Origin: an uncultured bacterium
GTDB taxonomy: Bacteria > Krumholzibacteriota > Krumholzibacteriia > LZORAL124-64-63
NCBI GenBank assembly: GCA_963732385.1
Contig: CAVSZB010000005.1
Location: 32,001-96,000, forward strand
DNA length: 64,000 nucleotides
Direction: 5' to 3'
Shown here: piece by piece, positions 29,290-39,600 of the stretch
Layout of the letters: each line of letters opens with the position of its first letter
Position numbering within the stretch: position 1 is the first letter of the stretch
Program-made: the position numbers and the translations under genes
The notes under the pieces: model-generated
Databases searched by the model: none
Told to the model about the DNA's origin: nothing
What the model saw: the letters and a program-made list of their open reading frames with translations, nothing else

Positions 29290-29931
29290 ATGCAGGCCAG
29301 TGAGCATGAGGCGATGTGCCAGGCGGTGGTGGACGGGGACGCGGGGCGGGCCCGGGCGCTTGCGCTGGGGATCGTGGAGGCGCGGGGGGATCTCTTGGCG
29401 GCGGTGGAGCACGGTTTCGCCGCCGGGATCCGTCGGGTCGGGGAGCTCTGGGAGGAGGGCGAGTACTTCCTGCCGGAGCTGGTGCAGGGGGCGGAGGCGA
29501 TGAAGGCGGCCATGGAGATCCTTAATCCGGCGTTGGTGGCGGGGCGCGGAGCGGCGCCGGCGCGGGCCGGGGTGGTCATTGGGACGGTGCGGGGGGATCT
29601 TCACGATATTGGGAAGGGGCTGGTTGCCACGCTTTTGTCGGCGCATGGGTTCGAGGTTTACGATCTGGGGAGCGATGTGCCGATCGAGGCGTTCGTGGCG
29701 CGGGCCGGGGAGACGGGGGCCAGGATCGTGGCCGCTTCGGCGCTGTTGACGACGACGATGACGGCGCAGCGGGATCTCGTGCGCGCGATCGCGGAGGCGG
29801 GGCTGGCGCCCCGGGTGCGGGTGCTGGTGGGGGGAGCGCCGACTTCGGCGGCGTGGGCGGCGGAGATCGGGGCGGCGCATGCGGAGAATGCGCTGCGGGC
29901 GGTGGCGGTGGCGGAGGGGTTGGTCGCGTGA
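29290..29931 (+). CDS. Corrinoid (B12-binding) methyl-carrier protein
   Basis: Cap domain VGELWEEGEYFLPEL; GDLHDIGKGLV (DxHxxG); SALLTTTM; VGGAP. Confidence 0.93.
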   Translation: MQASEHEAMCQAVVDGDAGRARALALGIVEARGDLLAAVEHGFAAGIRRVGELWEEGEYFLPELVQGAEAMKAAMEILNPALVAGRGAAPARAGVVIGTVRGDLHDIGKGLVATLLSAHGFEVYDLGSDVPIEAFVARAGETGARIVAASALLTTTMTAQRDLVRAIAEAGLAPRVRVLVGGAPTSAAWAAEIGAAHAENALRAVAVAEGLVA

Positions 29932-30848
29932 GTGGCCGGGCGGGGCGGAGCGGACTGGGCGACCGTCTGCGGGCGGGGCCGGTGCTGCTGCTCGATGGGG
30001 GGCTCGGGTCGTCGTTGATCGAGCGGGGGTTGACGGCCGGGATGGCCCCCGATGCCTGGAACCTCGAGCGGCCGGACGATGTCGCGGCGGTGCATCGCTC
30101 CTTCGTCGAGGCGGGGAGCGAGGCGATCCACTCGAATACCTTCGGCGGCAACCGGATCAGGCTGGCGCGCGCCGGGCTGGCCGGGCGGCTGGCGGAGGTC
30201 AACGCGGCGGCGGTGGCGCTGGCGCGCGGGGCGGGCGCGGCGTTCGTGATCGGCGACCTCGGCCCCACCGGGGAGTATCTGCCCCCGGTCGGCGCCGGGG
30301 ATCCCGAGGCCTGGGCCGCGTCCTCCCTGGAGCAGGCGAAAGCGCTCGTCGCTGCCGGGGTGGACGGCATCCATCTCGAGACGATGAGCGATCTGCGCGA
30401 GGCGCGGATCGGCATCGCCGCGGTGCGCTCACTCTCGACCGACCTCCCGCTCCTGGCCTCGCTCACCTTCGAACGCAAGAAGCGGGGGTTCTTCACGGTC
30501 ATGGGCGACCGGCTCGTTCCCGCCCTGCAGGCGCTGCGTGAAGCCGGGGCCGACGTGGTCGGGGCCAACTGCACGCTCGGCAGCGACGATTTCCAGGCGC
30601 TGGCGGCGGAGGCGCTCTCGGCCGGGTTGCCGATCGTCCTCCAGCCGAACGCCGGGCAGCCCGAGGTGGTGGCGGGGCGCGTGGTCTACCGGCAGGCGCC
30701 CGAGGCGTTCGCCGACGACCTGGCCGCGGTCCTGTCCCTGCCCGCGGACGGCGGCGGGCGGATCGCGGCGGTGGGCGGTTGCTGCGGCTGCGACGCCCGT
30801 TTCATCGCGGCGCTGCGTGGCCGGATTTCCGGGGCGCCGCCTCCATGA
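29928..30848 (+). CDS. Homocysteine S-methyltransferase (stand-alone MetH Hcy domain)
   Basis: LLDGGLGS, NTFG, ETMSD, GANC, PNAGQP, GGCCG zinc ligands; GTG overlaps the upstream stop. Confidence 0.92.
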   Translation: MSGRAGRSGLGDRLRAGPVLLLDGGLGSSLIERGLTAGMAPDAWNLERPDDVAAVHRSFVEAGSEAIHSNTFGGNRIRLARAGLAGRLAEVNAAAVALARGAGAAFVIGDLGPTGEYLPPVGAGDPEAWAASSLEQAKALVAAGVDGIHLETMSDLREARIGIAAVRSLSTDLPLLASLTFERKKRGFFTVMGDRLVPALQALREAGADVVGANCTLGSDDFQALAAEALSAGLPIVLQPNAGQPEVVAGRVVYRQAPEAFADDLAAVLSLPADGGGRIAAVGGCCGCDARFIAALRGRISGAPPP

Positions 30849-31516
30849 TCGACGCCCTGTCCATCGAGACCCCGCTGGCGGAGGTGCATCGCCTGCTGGG
30901 ATACCCCGCGGGACGCGTCGTGCCGGAGCGCGTGCGGTCGCGGCTGGAGGCGCTCCTGGCGGAGAGCCGGAGCCTGATCGAGGCGCGCGGGGCCCACGCG
31001 CGGTTTCCCGTGGCCGAGGCCGACGCCGTGCAGCTGACCCGGCCGGGGCCCGCGAGCGCTTTGGGGGAATTTGCGCTCGGGCTGGTCACGATCGGCCCGG
31101 GGGTCGAGACGCGCGCCGCCGCCATGCTGCGCGCGGGCGACACGAGCGGCGCCCTGTTGCTCGACGCGATCGGATCGGCGGCGGCCGAGGCGGCGGCCGA
31201 TGCGCTCGGCAGCCTCATCGCGGGCGGGACGGCGGCCGGCGGTGTCGGGGAGCTGGCGCTTTCCCCCTGCCGCGTCAGTCCCGGCTACGGGGACTGGCCG
31301 CTGTTTGCGCAGGAGGCGATCTTCGCGCGTCTCCCCCACGAGGAACTCGGCGTGCGGCTCCTCCCCTCGCTGCTCATGACGCCACGCAAATCGATCACCT
31401 TCGCCCTCTGGTTCGACGCCGCCGGACACGCCCTCGGCGACCTGCGCGGCTGCTCGTGCTGCCCGCTGGATCACTGTCCGCGGCAGGATGCACGGCAGAG
31501 AGGAAAACCGGCATGA
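30845..31516 (+). CDS. B12 methionine synthase activation-domain protein
   Basis: VTIGPGVE, LLDAIGSAAAE, RVSPGYGDW, LMTPRKSIT, C-terminal CSCCPLDHC. Confidence 0.85.
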   Translation: MIDALSIETPLAEVHRLLGYPAGRVVPERVRSRLEALLAESRSLIEARGAHARFPVAEADAVQLTRPGPASALGEFALGLVTIGPGVETRAAAMLRAGDTSGALLLDAIGSAAAEAAADALGSLIAGGTAAGGVGELALSPCRVSPGYGDWPLFAQEAIFARLPHEELGVRLLPSLLMTPRKSITFALWFDAAGHALGDLRGCSCCPLDHCPRQDARQRGKPA

Positions 31517-32980
31517 ACTCCGCGTATCGTCCCCTCGTCCGCGTTCTCGATCCTGAGGAGCCGTCGCGCATCGTCGACGAGGCGATCGCCGTGCTCGAGA
31601 TCATCGGCGTGCGCGTCGACAGCGAGGCCGGGCGGACCCTGCTCCTGGACGCCGGGGCTACGGCCGACGGCGACCGGGTGCTGATTCCCGAAACGCTGGT
31701 ACGGCAGGCGCTGGCCACGGTCCCGCACGCGATCCATCTGTTCGACCGCGACGGGCGCGAGGCCGCCGATCTGTCCGGGGACCGGGTGCATTTCGACCCG
31801 GGCTCGGCGGCGATCCAGGTGCTCGACCCGCGCACCGGGCAGCGACGCGCAGCCGTCACCGCCGACGTCGTGGACCTGGTGCGTCTCGTCGACGGCCTCC
31901 CCCACTACGCGATCCAGTCGACGGCCCTCCTCGCCGCCGACGTCCCCGCGGAGGTGGCCGACCGCTACCGGCTCTACCTGGCCCTGCGGCAACGGCCGCA
32001 AGCCGATCGTGACCGGCACCTTCCGGACCGACGGCTTCGCGCCGATGCGCGACCTGCTCGTGGCGGCGCGGGGCGGCGCGTCCGCGCTGGCCGAGCGTCC
32101 GCTGGCCATCTTCGACTGCTGCCCGAGCCCGCCTCTGGCCTGGAGCGATCTCACCTGCCAGGCGCTGCTCGACTGCGCGCGCGCGGGGATCCCGGCCAAC
32201 CTGATCTCGATGCCGCTGGCCGGCGCCACCGCGCCGGTGACGCTGCGCGAGTCGGTGGTGCAGCATGCGGCCGAGAGCCTCTCGGGGATCGTCCTCCACC
32301 AGCTGGCGGCGCCCGGCGCGCCGATCTCGTGGGGCGGCGCACCGGCGGCGTTCGACATGCGCCACGGGACGACCCCCATGGGGTCGATGGAGACGATGCT
32401 CCTGAACCTCGCCAACGCCCAGGTCGGCAAGCACCTCGGCCTGCCGGTCCACGGGTACCTCGCCCTCTCCGACGCCAAGACTCCCGACTACCAGGCCGGC
32501 ATGGAGACCGGCATGGGAGCGGTGCTGGCCGCGCTGGCCGGAATCAACCTCGTCTCGGGACCGGGAATCCTCGACTACATCCTCACCCAGTCGCCCGAGA
32601 AGCTCGTGCTCGACCATGAGGCCTGCGGGATGGCGCTGCGGCTGGTGCGCGGCGTGGCGACGAACCCGGTCGACATGCTCGCCCTCTTCGCCGACCTGGT
32701 GCGGACCGGAGAGTTCCTCTCGCATCCGCACACGCGGGCCAACTGGAAGTCGGAACTGACCGTGCCCTCGGCCGTGATCGACCGCGACACCTGGGCCGAC
32801 TGGGAAGCGAAAGGGACCCTCGACGCGGCCGCGCGGGCGCGGGCGGAAGTGGCGCGCCGACTCGCGCAAGCGCCGGACTCTGCCGCGCCGGATCCGCTCG
32901 CGGCAGAGCTCGACCGCATCATGCTGGCGGAGCTCTCCCGCCATGGGATGACGCGGTTGCCGGGGATGGGGCGGGGTTAG
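31513..32980 (+). CDS. MttB-superfamily (non-pyrrolysine) methyltransferase, frameshifted near 31990
   Basis: N-terminal part in the frame of ORF 30538 (MNSAYRP...LEIIGV...LYLALR); removing one base gives NGRKPIVTGTF, then SPPLAW, AGATAPVTL, SDAKTPDYQAGME, SPEKLVLDHE, GEFLSHPHT. Confidence 0.88.
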
Positions 32981-33080
32981 CGCGGCGGCGGACGATCGCG
33001 GCAAGGCAGGACGACATCCACTACGTTCGCGGCGGCCGCGCCGGCGGCGGCGGGCGTCAAGACCCCGTGAGCGGAGCGCC

Positions 33081-33674
33081 ATGGCCGGCCTGAAACCTCG
33101 CTTCTTCCCCACCCCCGCCGCCTTCCGGGCGTGGCTCGAATCGCATCACGCCTCGACCGGCGAGCTGCTGGTCGGCTTCTACAAGAAGGGCTCGGGCAAG
33201 CCGAGCATCACCTGGCCGGAGTCGGTCGACGAGGCGCTCTGCTTCGGGTGGATCGACGGGATCCGGCGGAGCATCGACGAGGTCAGCTACTCGATCCGGT
33301 TCACGCCGCGCAGGACCGGGAGCATCTGGAGCAGCGTCAACATCGCGCGGGCCGAGGCGCTCATCGCGCAGGGGCGGATGCGGGCGACGGGGCTGGCAGC
33401 CTATGCCGTCAGGAAAGAGAACCGGTCGGGCGTCTACTCCTACGATCAGCGCGGCGTGGAGCTGCCTCCCCCCTACGATCGGCTCCTGAAGCGGGACCGG
33501 GCGGCGTGGGAGTTCTTCCGGGCGCAGCCGGCCTCGTATCGCAAGGCGGTCTGCTGGTGGGTGGTCAGCGCGAAACGGGAAGAGACGCGGTTGAAGCGGC
33601 TGGAGAAGCTCGCCGAGCATGCGGCCCGGGGGGAGCGGCTGCCGGCGATGGCGCCGCGAAAACCTGCTCGCTAG
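33081..33674 (+). CDS. YdeI/OmpD-associated (bacteriocin-protection) family protein
   Basis: FRAWLE...ESVDEALCFGWIDG...FTPRR..SIWS..N; SAKREETRLKRL. Confidence 0.9.
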   Translation: MAGLKPRFFPTPAAFRAWLESHHASTGELLVGFYKKGSGKPSITWPESVDEALCFGWIDGIRRSIDEVSYSIRFTPRRTGSIWSSVNIARAEALIAQGRMRATGLAAYAVRKENRSGVYSYDQRGVELPPPYDRLLKRDRAAWEFFRAQPASYRKAVCWWVVSAKREETRLKRLEKLAEHAARGERLPAMAPRKPAR

Positions 33675-33744
33675 CCGGTGGCCCGCCCGCGACTCGCCCG
33701 TGGGCACCCGAGAGGACCACGCCCAGAAAGACAGGAGGGGAAAG

Positions 33745-34173
33745 ATGAGTTTCGCTCGCGAGGCGACGCTGTCGATCCTGGCCGGGGCGGCGGCCGGGGC
33801 TTGCGTTCTGGGGCTGGTCGGGCGGGCCGCCATGGCGGCCGTGGCGCTCGTCACCGGGAACGCTCTCAATCCGAGCCTGCGGGGCCTGCTCGAGGTGGCC
33901 GCCGCCGGGACGTTGCTGGGCATCCTTGGCGGACTGCTGCTTCTGGCCTGCAGAAGGATGCGGCGCATCAGGGACCTGGCGCCTGGCCGGATCGTCGGCG
34001 TCACATTGTTCCTGTGCTCGGTGCTTGCTTTCGGGGCGAAGGGCCGCATCGATTTCGGCTCGCCGGTCTCACTGCTGACGCTCGCCGTGGCGGCCATGAT
34101 CTTCCTGGCCTACGGAATCGCCGCCGACAGCCTGCTGACCCGCTTCGCGGGCGGGGCCGGCGAAAAACGCTGA
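33745..34173 (+). CDS. Hypothetical membrane protein, about 4 TM helices
   Basis: GGAGG RBS; four hydrophobic segments. Confidence 0.6.
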   Translation: MSFAREATLSILAGAAAGACVLGLVGRAAMAAVALVTGNALNPSLRGLLEVAAAGTLLGILGGLLLLACRRMRRIRDLAPGRIVGVTLFLCSVLAFGAKGRIDFGSPVSLLTLAVAAMIFLAYGIAADSLLTRFAGGAGEKR

Positions 34174-34329
34174 CCAGCACAATCCAACGGCGGCGCCTGG
34201 ACCGTTCCGTCCTGCGCTTGATCCTTGGCGTGTCCGGCGTTAGGATGCCCGCTCCGTTCGGGGTGTGCCCCACCGCCCGTCGACGGCCGGCGCAACACGT
34301 TGACCGCCCTATCTGAAAAGGACCTCCCC

Positions 34330-34650
34330 ATGCCACCCATGGGCCGTTTAGGCGACAAGTCGCAGGCTCCGGTCGATGTGCACGGGTGCCCGGCCTGTCC
34401 GCATCCGGTGATCGGGCCGGCCATCGTCGGGTCGCCGAACGTCATGGTGAACGGGATGCCGGCGCTGCGGGTCGGGGACAAGGGGATCCATGCCGTCTGC
34501 TGCGGGCCGAACACCTGGACCGCGACCGCCGGCAGCGCCACGGTCATGATCAACAACCTGCCGGCGCATCGGATGGGTGACCAGGACCAGCATTGCGGCG
34601 GGCCCGGGACCCTCATCGAGGGCAGTCCGGACGTGATCGTCGGGGGCTGA
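34330..34650 (+). CDS. PAAR-repeat spike-tip protein
   Basis: PMGRLGD, PALRVGD, PAHRMGD repeats; GSPNVMVNG, GSATVMINN, GSPDVIVGG; His/Cys metal ligands. Confidence 0.95.
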   Translation: MPPMGRLGDKSQAPVDVHGCPACPHPVIGPAIVGSPNVMVNGMPALRVGDKGIHAVCCGPNTWTATAGSATVMINNLPAHRMGDQDQHCGGPGTLIEGSPDVIVGG

Positions 34651-34662
34651 GACGGGGGGGCC

Positions 34663-35493
34663 ATGCCGGCACCGAATGCGCAGATGTTTTCCCAGCTCAC
34701 CCGCACGAATTTCAGCGCGAAGGGCATTCTGATTCCGCTGGACTGGGCGCCGCCGGGCGAGCAGTTCCCCGACGCGTTCGCGCCGGCGGAGCGGCAGGTC
34801 GCGCCAGGGTCGCCCACCGAGCTGTTCCATGCGGCCACCCTCAACAAATACCATGTCGATGCCGCCAGCGGCATGAGCGACAGGCTCGGCACCTACATCG
34901 ACGGGGTCTGCGGGGCGATCTGCGGGGCGATCGGCAACTGGATGCAGACCGCGATGGTCGCCGGGGCGCTCATCAACGGGCCGGTCGGGACGCTGCTGCC
35001 GGGCGGGGTCGTGGGGCCGCCTCTGCTGCCGCTCATTTTGGGGCAGGCGCCCAGGACGACGCCGCTCGAGACGCAGTACTCGCTGGCGATCGCCAACGCG
35101 TTCAGTTCGGCCTGGCAGGCGTGGCAGACGGGGCTGACCGGGATGCTGAGCTATCCGGCATTCGCGGCGGTGCCGTCGCCGGTGGCGCCGCCGATGCCCA
35201 ACGTGCCGATGCCGCTGGTGACCTTCCCGTCGGCCGGCGAGGCGATGCTCTCCCCCGCCACGCTGCAGGCCTCGATGGTCGGGATGCTGGGCAATCCGAC
35301 GGCGCAGCACGCGCCCGAGCTGTTCGACGCGCTGGCGCAGGCGTTCGGCATGGTGTTCCAGATGTTCAAGTCGACGACCATCGTGCAGAATGTGCTCGGC
35401 ACCGGGCCGGTGCCGACGTTCGCGCCGCCGTTCGTGCCGGTGGGTCCGGTGCTGGCCGGCACCGTCATCCCCACGCCCGGGGTGTTCGTGTGA
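34663..35493 (+). CDS. Hypothetical Pro/Gly-rich T6SS-associated protein
   Basis: Typical codon usage; between PAAR and DUF2169; no recognisable motif. Confidence 0.7.
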   Translation: MPAPNAQMFSQLTRTNFSAKGILIPLDWAPPGEQFPDAFAPAERQVAPGSPTELFHAATLNKYHVDAASGMSDRLGTYIDGVCGAICGAIGNWMQTAMVAGALINGPVGTLLPGGVVGPPLLPLILGQAPRTTPLETQYSLAIANAFSSAWQAWQTGLTGMLSYPAFAAVPSPVAPPMPNVPMPLVTFPSAGEAMLSPATLQASMVGMLGNPTAQHAPELFDALAQAFGMVFQMFKSTTIVQNVLGTGPVPTFAPPFVPVGPVLAGTVIPTPGVFV

Positions 35494-35518
35494 GCGACCG
35501 GCGGAGGGTCGCAGCGAC

Positions 35519-36643
35519 ATGAAGATCGTCAACGAGACGCCGTTCATCGCCGAGGCGCTGCCGTTTGTCTGGCCGGACGGACGGGCCGCGCTGACGATCA
35601 TCCTCAAGGGGACGTTCACGATCCGTCCGGATGAGCCGGCCGAGCCGGCGATCGAGCAGCTGCCGATCCTGTTCGCCGACGCGCCGCTCGACCCGGAGAA
35701 CCCGGCGCTGGGCGCCCGGTTCGAGGCCGACGTCGTCCCGTTCAAGCCGCGCGCCGACATCGTGCTGGTGGGCAAGGCGCACGCGCCGCCGCGCAAGCTG
35801 GCGCGGGCGCTCGACGCGGCGCTGCGCGTGGGCAAGGTGAAGAAGGTCGTGCGGGTGATCGGCGACCGCCACTGGACCTGCGGCGGACGCCTGCTGCCGG
35901 CCGCGTTCTCGGCGGCGGAGCCGTTCAAGAGCATGGACCTGGTCTACGCGCGCGCCTTCGGTGGCATCGACCAGAAGGGGGGCGGCTACTGCCGCTACAA
36001 CCCCATCGGCCGCGGCTACATGGCCAAGAAGAGCAAGAGCGCGGTCGACGGCACGCCGCTGCCGAACGTGGAAGACCCGCGCCACCTGATCAGGAAGTGG
36101 GACAGCCGTCCGCGCCCCGCCGGTTTCGGCTTCACCGGCCGCGGCTGGCTGCCCCGCCTGCGCTACCTCGGCACCTACGACGAACGGTGGCGCAAGGAGC
36201 GGGCGCCGGCGCCGCCGGAGGACTTCCGCTTCGAGGCGTACAACGGCGCGCATCCCGACCTGCAGGTGAAGGAATACCTGCGCGGCGACGAGGACGTGGA
36301 GCTGGTCCACCTCACGCCGGAGCCGCGCCTGCGCTTTTTGCTGCCGGCGGTGACGCCGGTCTGCGCGGTGCTGCGTCACGGCGCGGCGGTCGATCCGGTG
36401 CTCGCGCGAAAAGACGACGAGAAGGTCGACGAACCGCCGCCGCCCATCCCGCGCGACGGCGAAGAGCAGGTCGTCGACGAGCCGACGCCGGGCTCGTCGG
36501 CCGGCGAGCGGGTCGCGCTGAATCTCGACACGCTCGTGTTCGACCCCGAAGAGATGCGTTTCTATCAGGTCTGGCGGGGCGTCTTCCCGCTGGCCGACCC
36601 TGCGGCGCGCGAAGTGGCGGAGATCGGCGTCTGGCTGGCGTGA
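35519..36643 (+). CDS. DUF2169-family T6SS adaptor
   Basis: IILKGTF, DVVPFKPRADIVLVGKAHAP, VIGDRHW, YARAFGG, NPIGRG, LPNVEDP, PAGFG..W.PR, GTYDERW, LDTLV...VWR. Confidence 0.93.
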   Translation: MKIVNETPFIAEALPFVWPDGRAALTIILKGTFTIRPDEPAEPAIEQLPILFADAPLDPENPALGARFEADVVPFKPRADIVLVGKAHAPPRKLARALDAALRVGKVKKVVRVIGDRHWTCGGRLLPAAFSAAEPFKSMDLVYARAFGGIDQKGGGYCRYNPIGRGYMAKKSKSAVDGTPLPNVEDPRHLIRKWDSRPRPAGFGFTGRGWLPRLRYLGTYDERWRKERAPAPPEDFRFEAYNGAHPDLQVKEYLRGDEDVELVHLTPEPRLRFLLPAVTPVCAVLRHGAAVDPVLARKDDEKVDEPPPPIPRDGEEQVVDEPTPGSSAGERVALNLDTLVFDPEEMRFYQVWRGVFPLADPAAREVAEIGVWLA

Positions 36644-36692
36644 CGCGCCCGGCGTGCCGGCCGTCCGCCGTTTCGCGGCACGGAGTTGAGCG

Positions 36693-39600
36693 ATGGCGAA
36701 CGAGGTCCACCTCACCGGGCAGAACGTCCTCGACCCGCCCCCCCGGGACCGCTGGTTCGTCGACTACCTGCCGCTGTGCGGCGGCGACGAACTCACCTAC
36801 TACGTCGACGGCGAGAGCTATGCCACCGACCTGCACGCCGCCCTCACCGGGGCCGCGCAGGAGATCTGCCTGACCGGCCTGCACTTCAGCGGCCACTTCC
36901 ACCTCAAGCGGCCGGGCGGCTGCGATCCCCTGAAGCAGGACGATCCCGACACGCTGCAGGAGATCCTGGCGGCCCGCAGCAAGGCCGGCTGCGAGATCTA
37001 TCTGCTGGTGAACCAGTTCTGGCCGGACGAAGGGAAGCTCGCCGCCAACTACTGGCGCGCCTACCGGGATCTCGACAAGCTGCTCTGGAAGATGCCCAGC
37101 GCGATCCGCGGCACGATCATGGCCTCGGGCGGGATTCCCGACTACCTGGAGCGGACGTTCGCCTTCTTCAAGTACCTCAAAGACCACGGCAACGCGGCGA
37201 AGATCCACTGCTACACCGACATCCACCAGGGCTACATCTTCCACAGCAACCACCAGAAGACGATCATCGTCGACCGCAAAACCGCCTTCTGGGGCGGCAT
37301 CGACCTGACCGACATCGACGGCGACCGTTGGGACGCCGCCGCCCATACGCCGGGCAACAAGCTGCGCAACTTCGACAAGCCCGAGCGCAACTGGCACGAC
37401 CTGCAGATGCGGGCCGTCAAGCCGCAGGGCGCCAAAGTCAGCGCCGTCGACTACGTCTACGCCAACTTCCTGGCGCGCTACAACCACGGCTACCTCTACA
37501 CGCCGTGGCGCAACGGGCAGGGCGTGCTCGAGGCGAAGCAGGAGAGCGGCTTCCCCAGGCTGTCGCCGCCCGGCGGCAAGACCGCGCAAGACTACGTGCC
37601 GAAGAAGCATTGGTACTACCCGCGGCAGCGCGAGCGCTACCAGAAGCAGAACGTGCTGGCGTGGCCGCTCGTCCAGGTGGTCCGCTCCATGCCGGCGGGC
37701 GCCGGCGGCAACTACGCCCGCAACCAGCATCCGCTCTGGAACGAGCTGCGGGTCGCGGTGCAGCCCGACCCGGATTTCCCGCCGCAGTACGTCAACCCCG
37801 CGTTCGAGCACTCCGCGCGCGACGCCTACCTCAAGGGGATCGCCGCCGCCGAGAAGTTCATCTACCTCGAGAACCAGTGGGTGGCCGACGACAGGATCTG
37901 GGCCGCGCTGTTCGCCGCCGCCGAGAAGCATGGCGCCGAGGCCGACTTCCGGCTGCTCGTCGTCCTGCCCAAGAAGTTCCTGGCCGCGGCCGGCTTCGGC
38001 AGCGAGCAGACGATCGACCTCAACCCGTACGTGGAGAAGCTCGCCCGCATCTTCAAGGCCAAGGGGCGGCCGGAGAACTTCGGCCTGTTCAGCATTTTGC
38101 AGCCGGCGGCCCACCAGGACCCGGTGCGCGATCAGACGCAGGTGCCGGAGTGCGTCTGGGACTACATGTACGTGCACTCCAAGCTGCTGATCGTGGACGA
38201 CTGCTGGGCGCTGCTCGGCTCGGCCAACGCCGGCGGCATCTCGCTGACCGGCCTGGGCACGACGAGCGAGCCCGACACGGAGCTGTCGGCCATCGTGCTC
38301 GACGAACGGGACGACGGCTCGCTCGTCAAACAGCTGCGCAAGAAGCTCTGGGCCGAGCACCTCGGGGTGGCCGAAGGGAACGTGGCCGACTACAAGACCG
38401 GCGCCGACCTGTTCCACAAGCAGGCGAAGGAGCAGGCGTTCAACACGACGAGCGCCAGGCGCGCGCACTACAACCTGCTCTACTACCCCTCCTCCCCCAA
38501 GGCCGCCGCCGCGCCCAACCAGGGGGTGTGGCGCCACCTCAAGTGGGCGCAGATCCAGCACCAGGTGAAGGCGCGCGTGGCCGACCCCGACGCCATCCAC
38601 CAGACCTACTACAACCTGAGCGGCCCGCTCACGGCCGTGCACATGCTGCTCGAGCGCGATCCGTCGCGGTACGAGAAGCTGGTGGCCAATCTCTACAAGA
38701 CCGGCGTCGACAAGGCGTGCGACGTGCGCCTGCAAATGCCCAACCCCCACCTGCACGACGTGCCGGTCCTGGTGCGGCCGCAGGAGCTGGTCGAGTTCGC
38801 CGTCGAATCCGAGCACCCGATCCTCGAGGTCGACTGGATGGTCGGCGGCGCGCTCACCGACAGCGCCAACTGGGTGCTCGACTACCAGGGCTCCGTGTCC
38901 GAGACCACGGCCACGGTCTGCTCCAACGGCGACATGGTGCGGCACCTCAAGAAGACCATCCCCTGCCAGGGCGGCGTCACCCACCTGAGCTGCGAGAGCT
39001 ACGGCGAGCTGAAGGAGGCGCAGAAGGCGAGCCTGCTGCTGGGCACCGGCGCGCCGACGAAGCCGCACACGGTGTTCGGCGCGGTCAAGATCGGCACGGC
39101 GCTGCTGCTGCAGCGCGACGACGCGGCGGTCGAGCGCGACAAGGGCGTGGCCAACCGCGACCTGGGCGACCCGAAGTACTGGATCAGCCGCGTGACCGAC
39201 AACCCGTGGCTGCAGCTCAGGCGCGACCGCGCCTACCCGCTCTACCCCGGCGTGCTGACCCCGTACGACGTGAAGCACATCCTGGGCGACCGGATGTACG
39301 TGCGCCTGCTCCAGCCGCTCGAGTTCAAGTACGACGGCGACAAGATCACCCACGTGCGGATGAGCTTCTGGACCTGGGGCCACCGCTCCACGCTCGAGGT
39401 GCCGGCCGCGCTGTTCGCCAAGCAGGTCTACGGCTTCTTCATCGGCTACTACACCAACGGCGCGCGCGCGCGGGCCGAAGAGAAGTTCCGGCTGCGCGCC
39501 GACAGGGTGAAGCTCAAGGCCGGCTGGCAGCGCGACTACGTGCACGACGACTGCGACGGCAGCAAGCTGACCGTGACCTGCGTCAGCGGCTCGCTGCGGG

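Noticed and set aside
28807..29880. 357-aa ORF upstream of the AbiEii-like gene
   Set aside because: Most of it is antisense to the corrinoid gene and crosses the AT-rich promoter; only the last 88 codons look like a real gene.
31980..32010. Programmed ribosomal frameshift in mttB
   Set aside because: No slippery heptamer or homopolymer at the site; a single extra base explains it.
32440..32500. Pyrrolysine readthrough in MttB
   Set aside because: There is no in-frame TAG. The equivalent position is Leu (YLALSDAK), and the break is a frameshift elsewhere.
33081..34173. YdeI and the 4-TM protein as T6SS immunity genes
   Set aside because: YdeI is widespread outside T6SS loci, and both genes lie upstream of PAAR rather than beside an effector; only proximity supports the idea.
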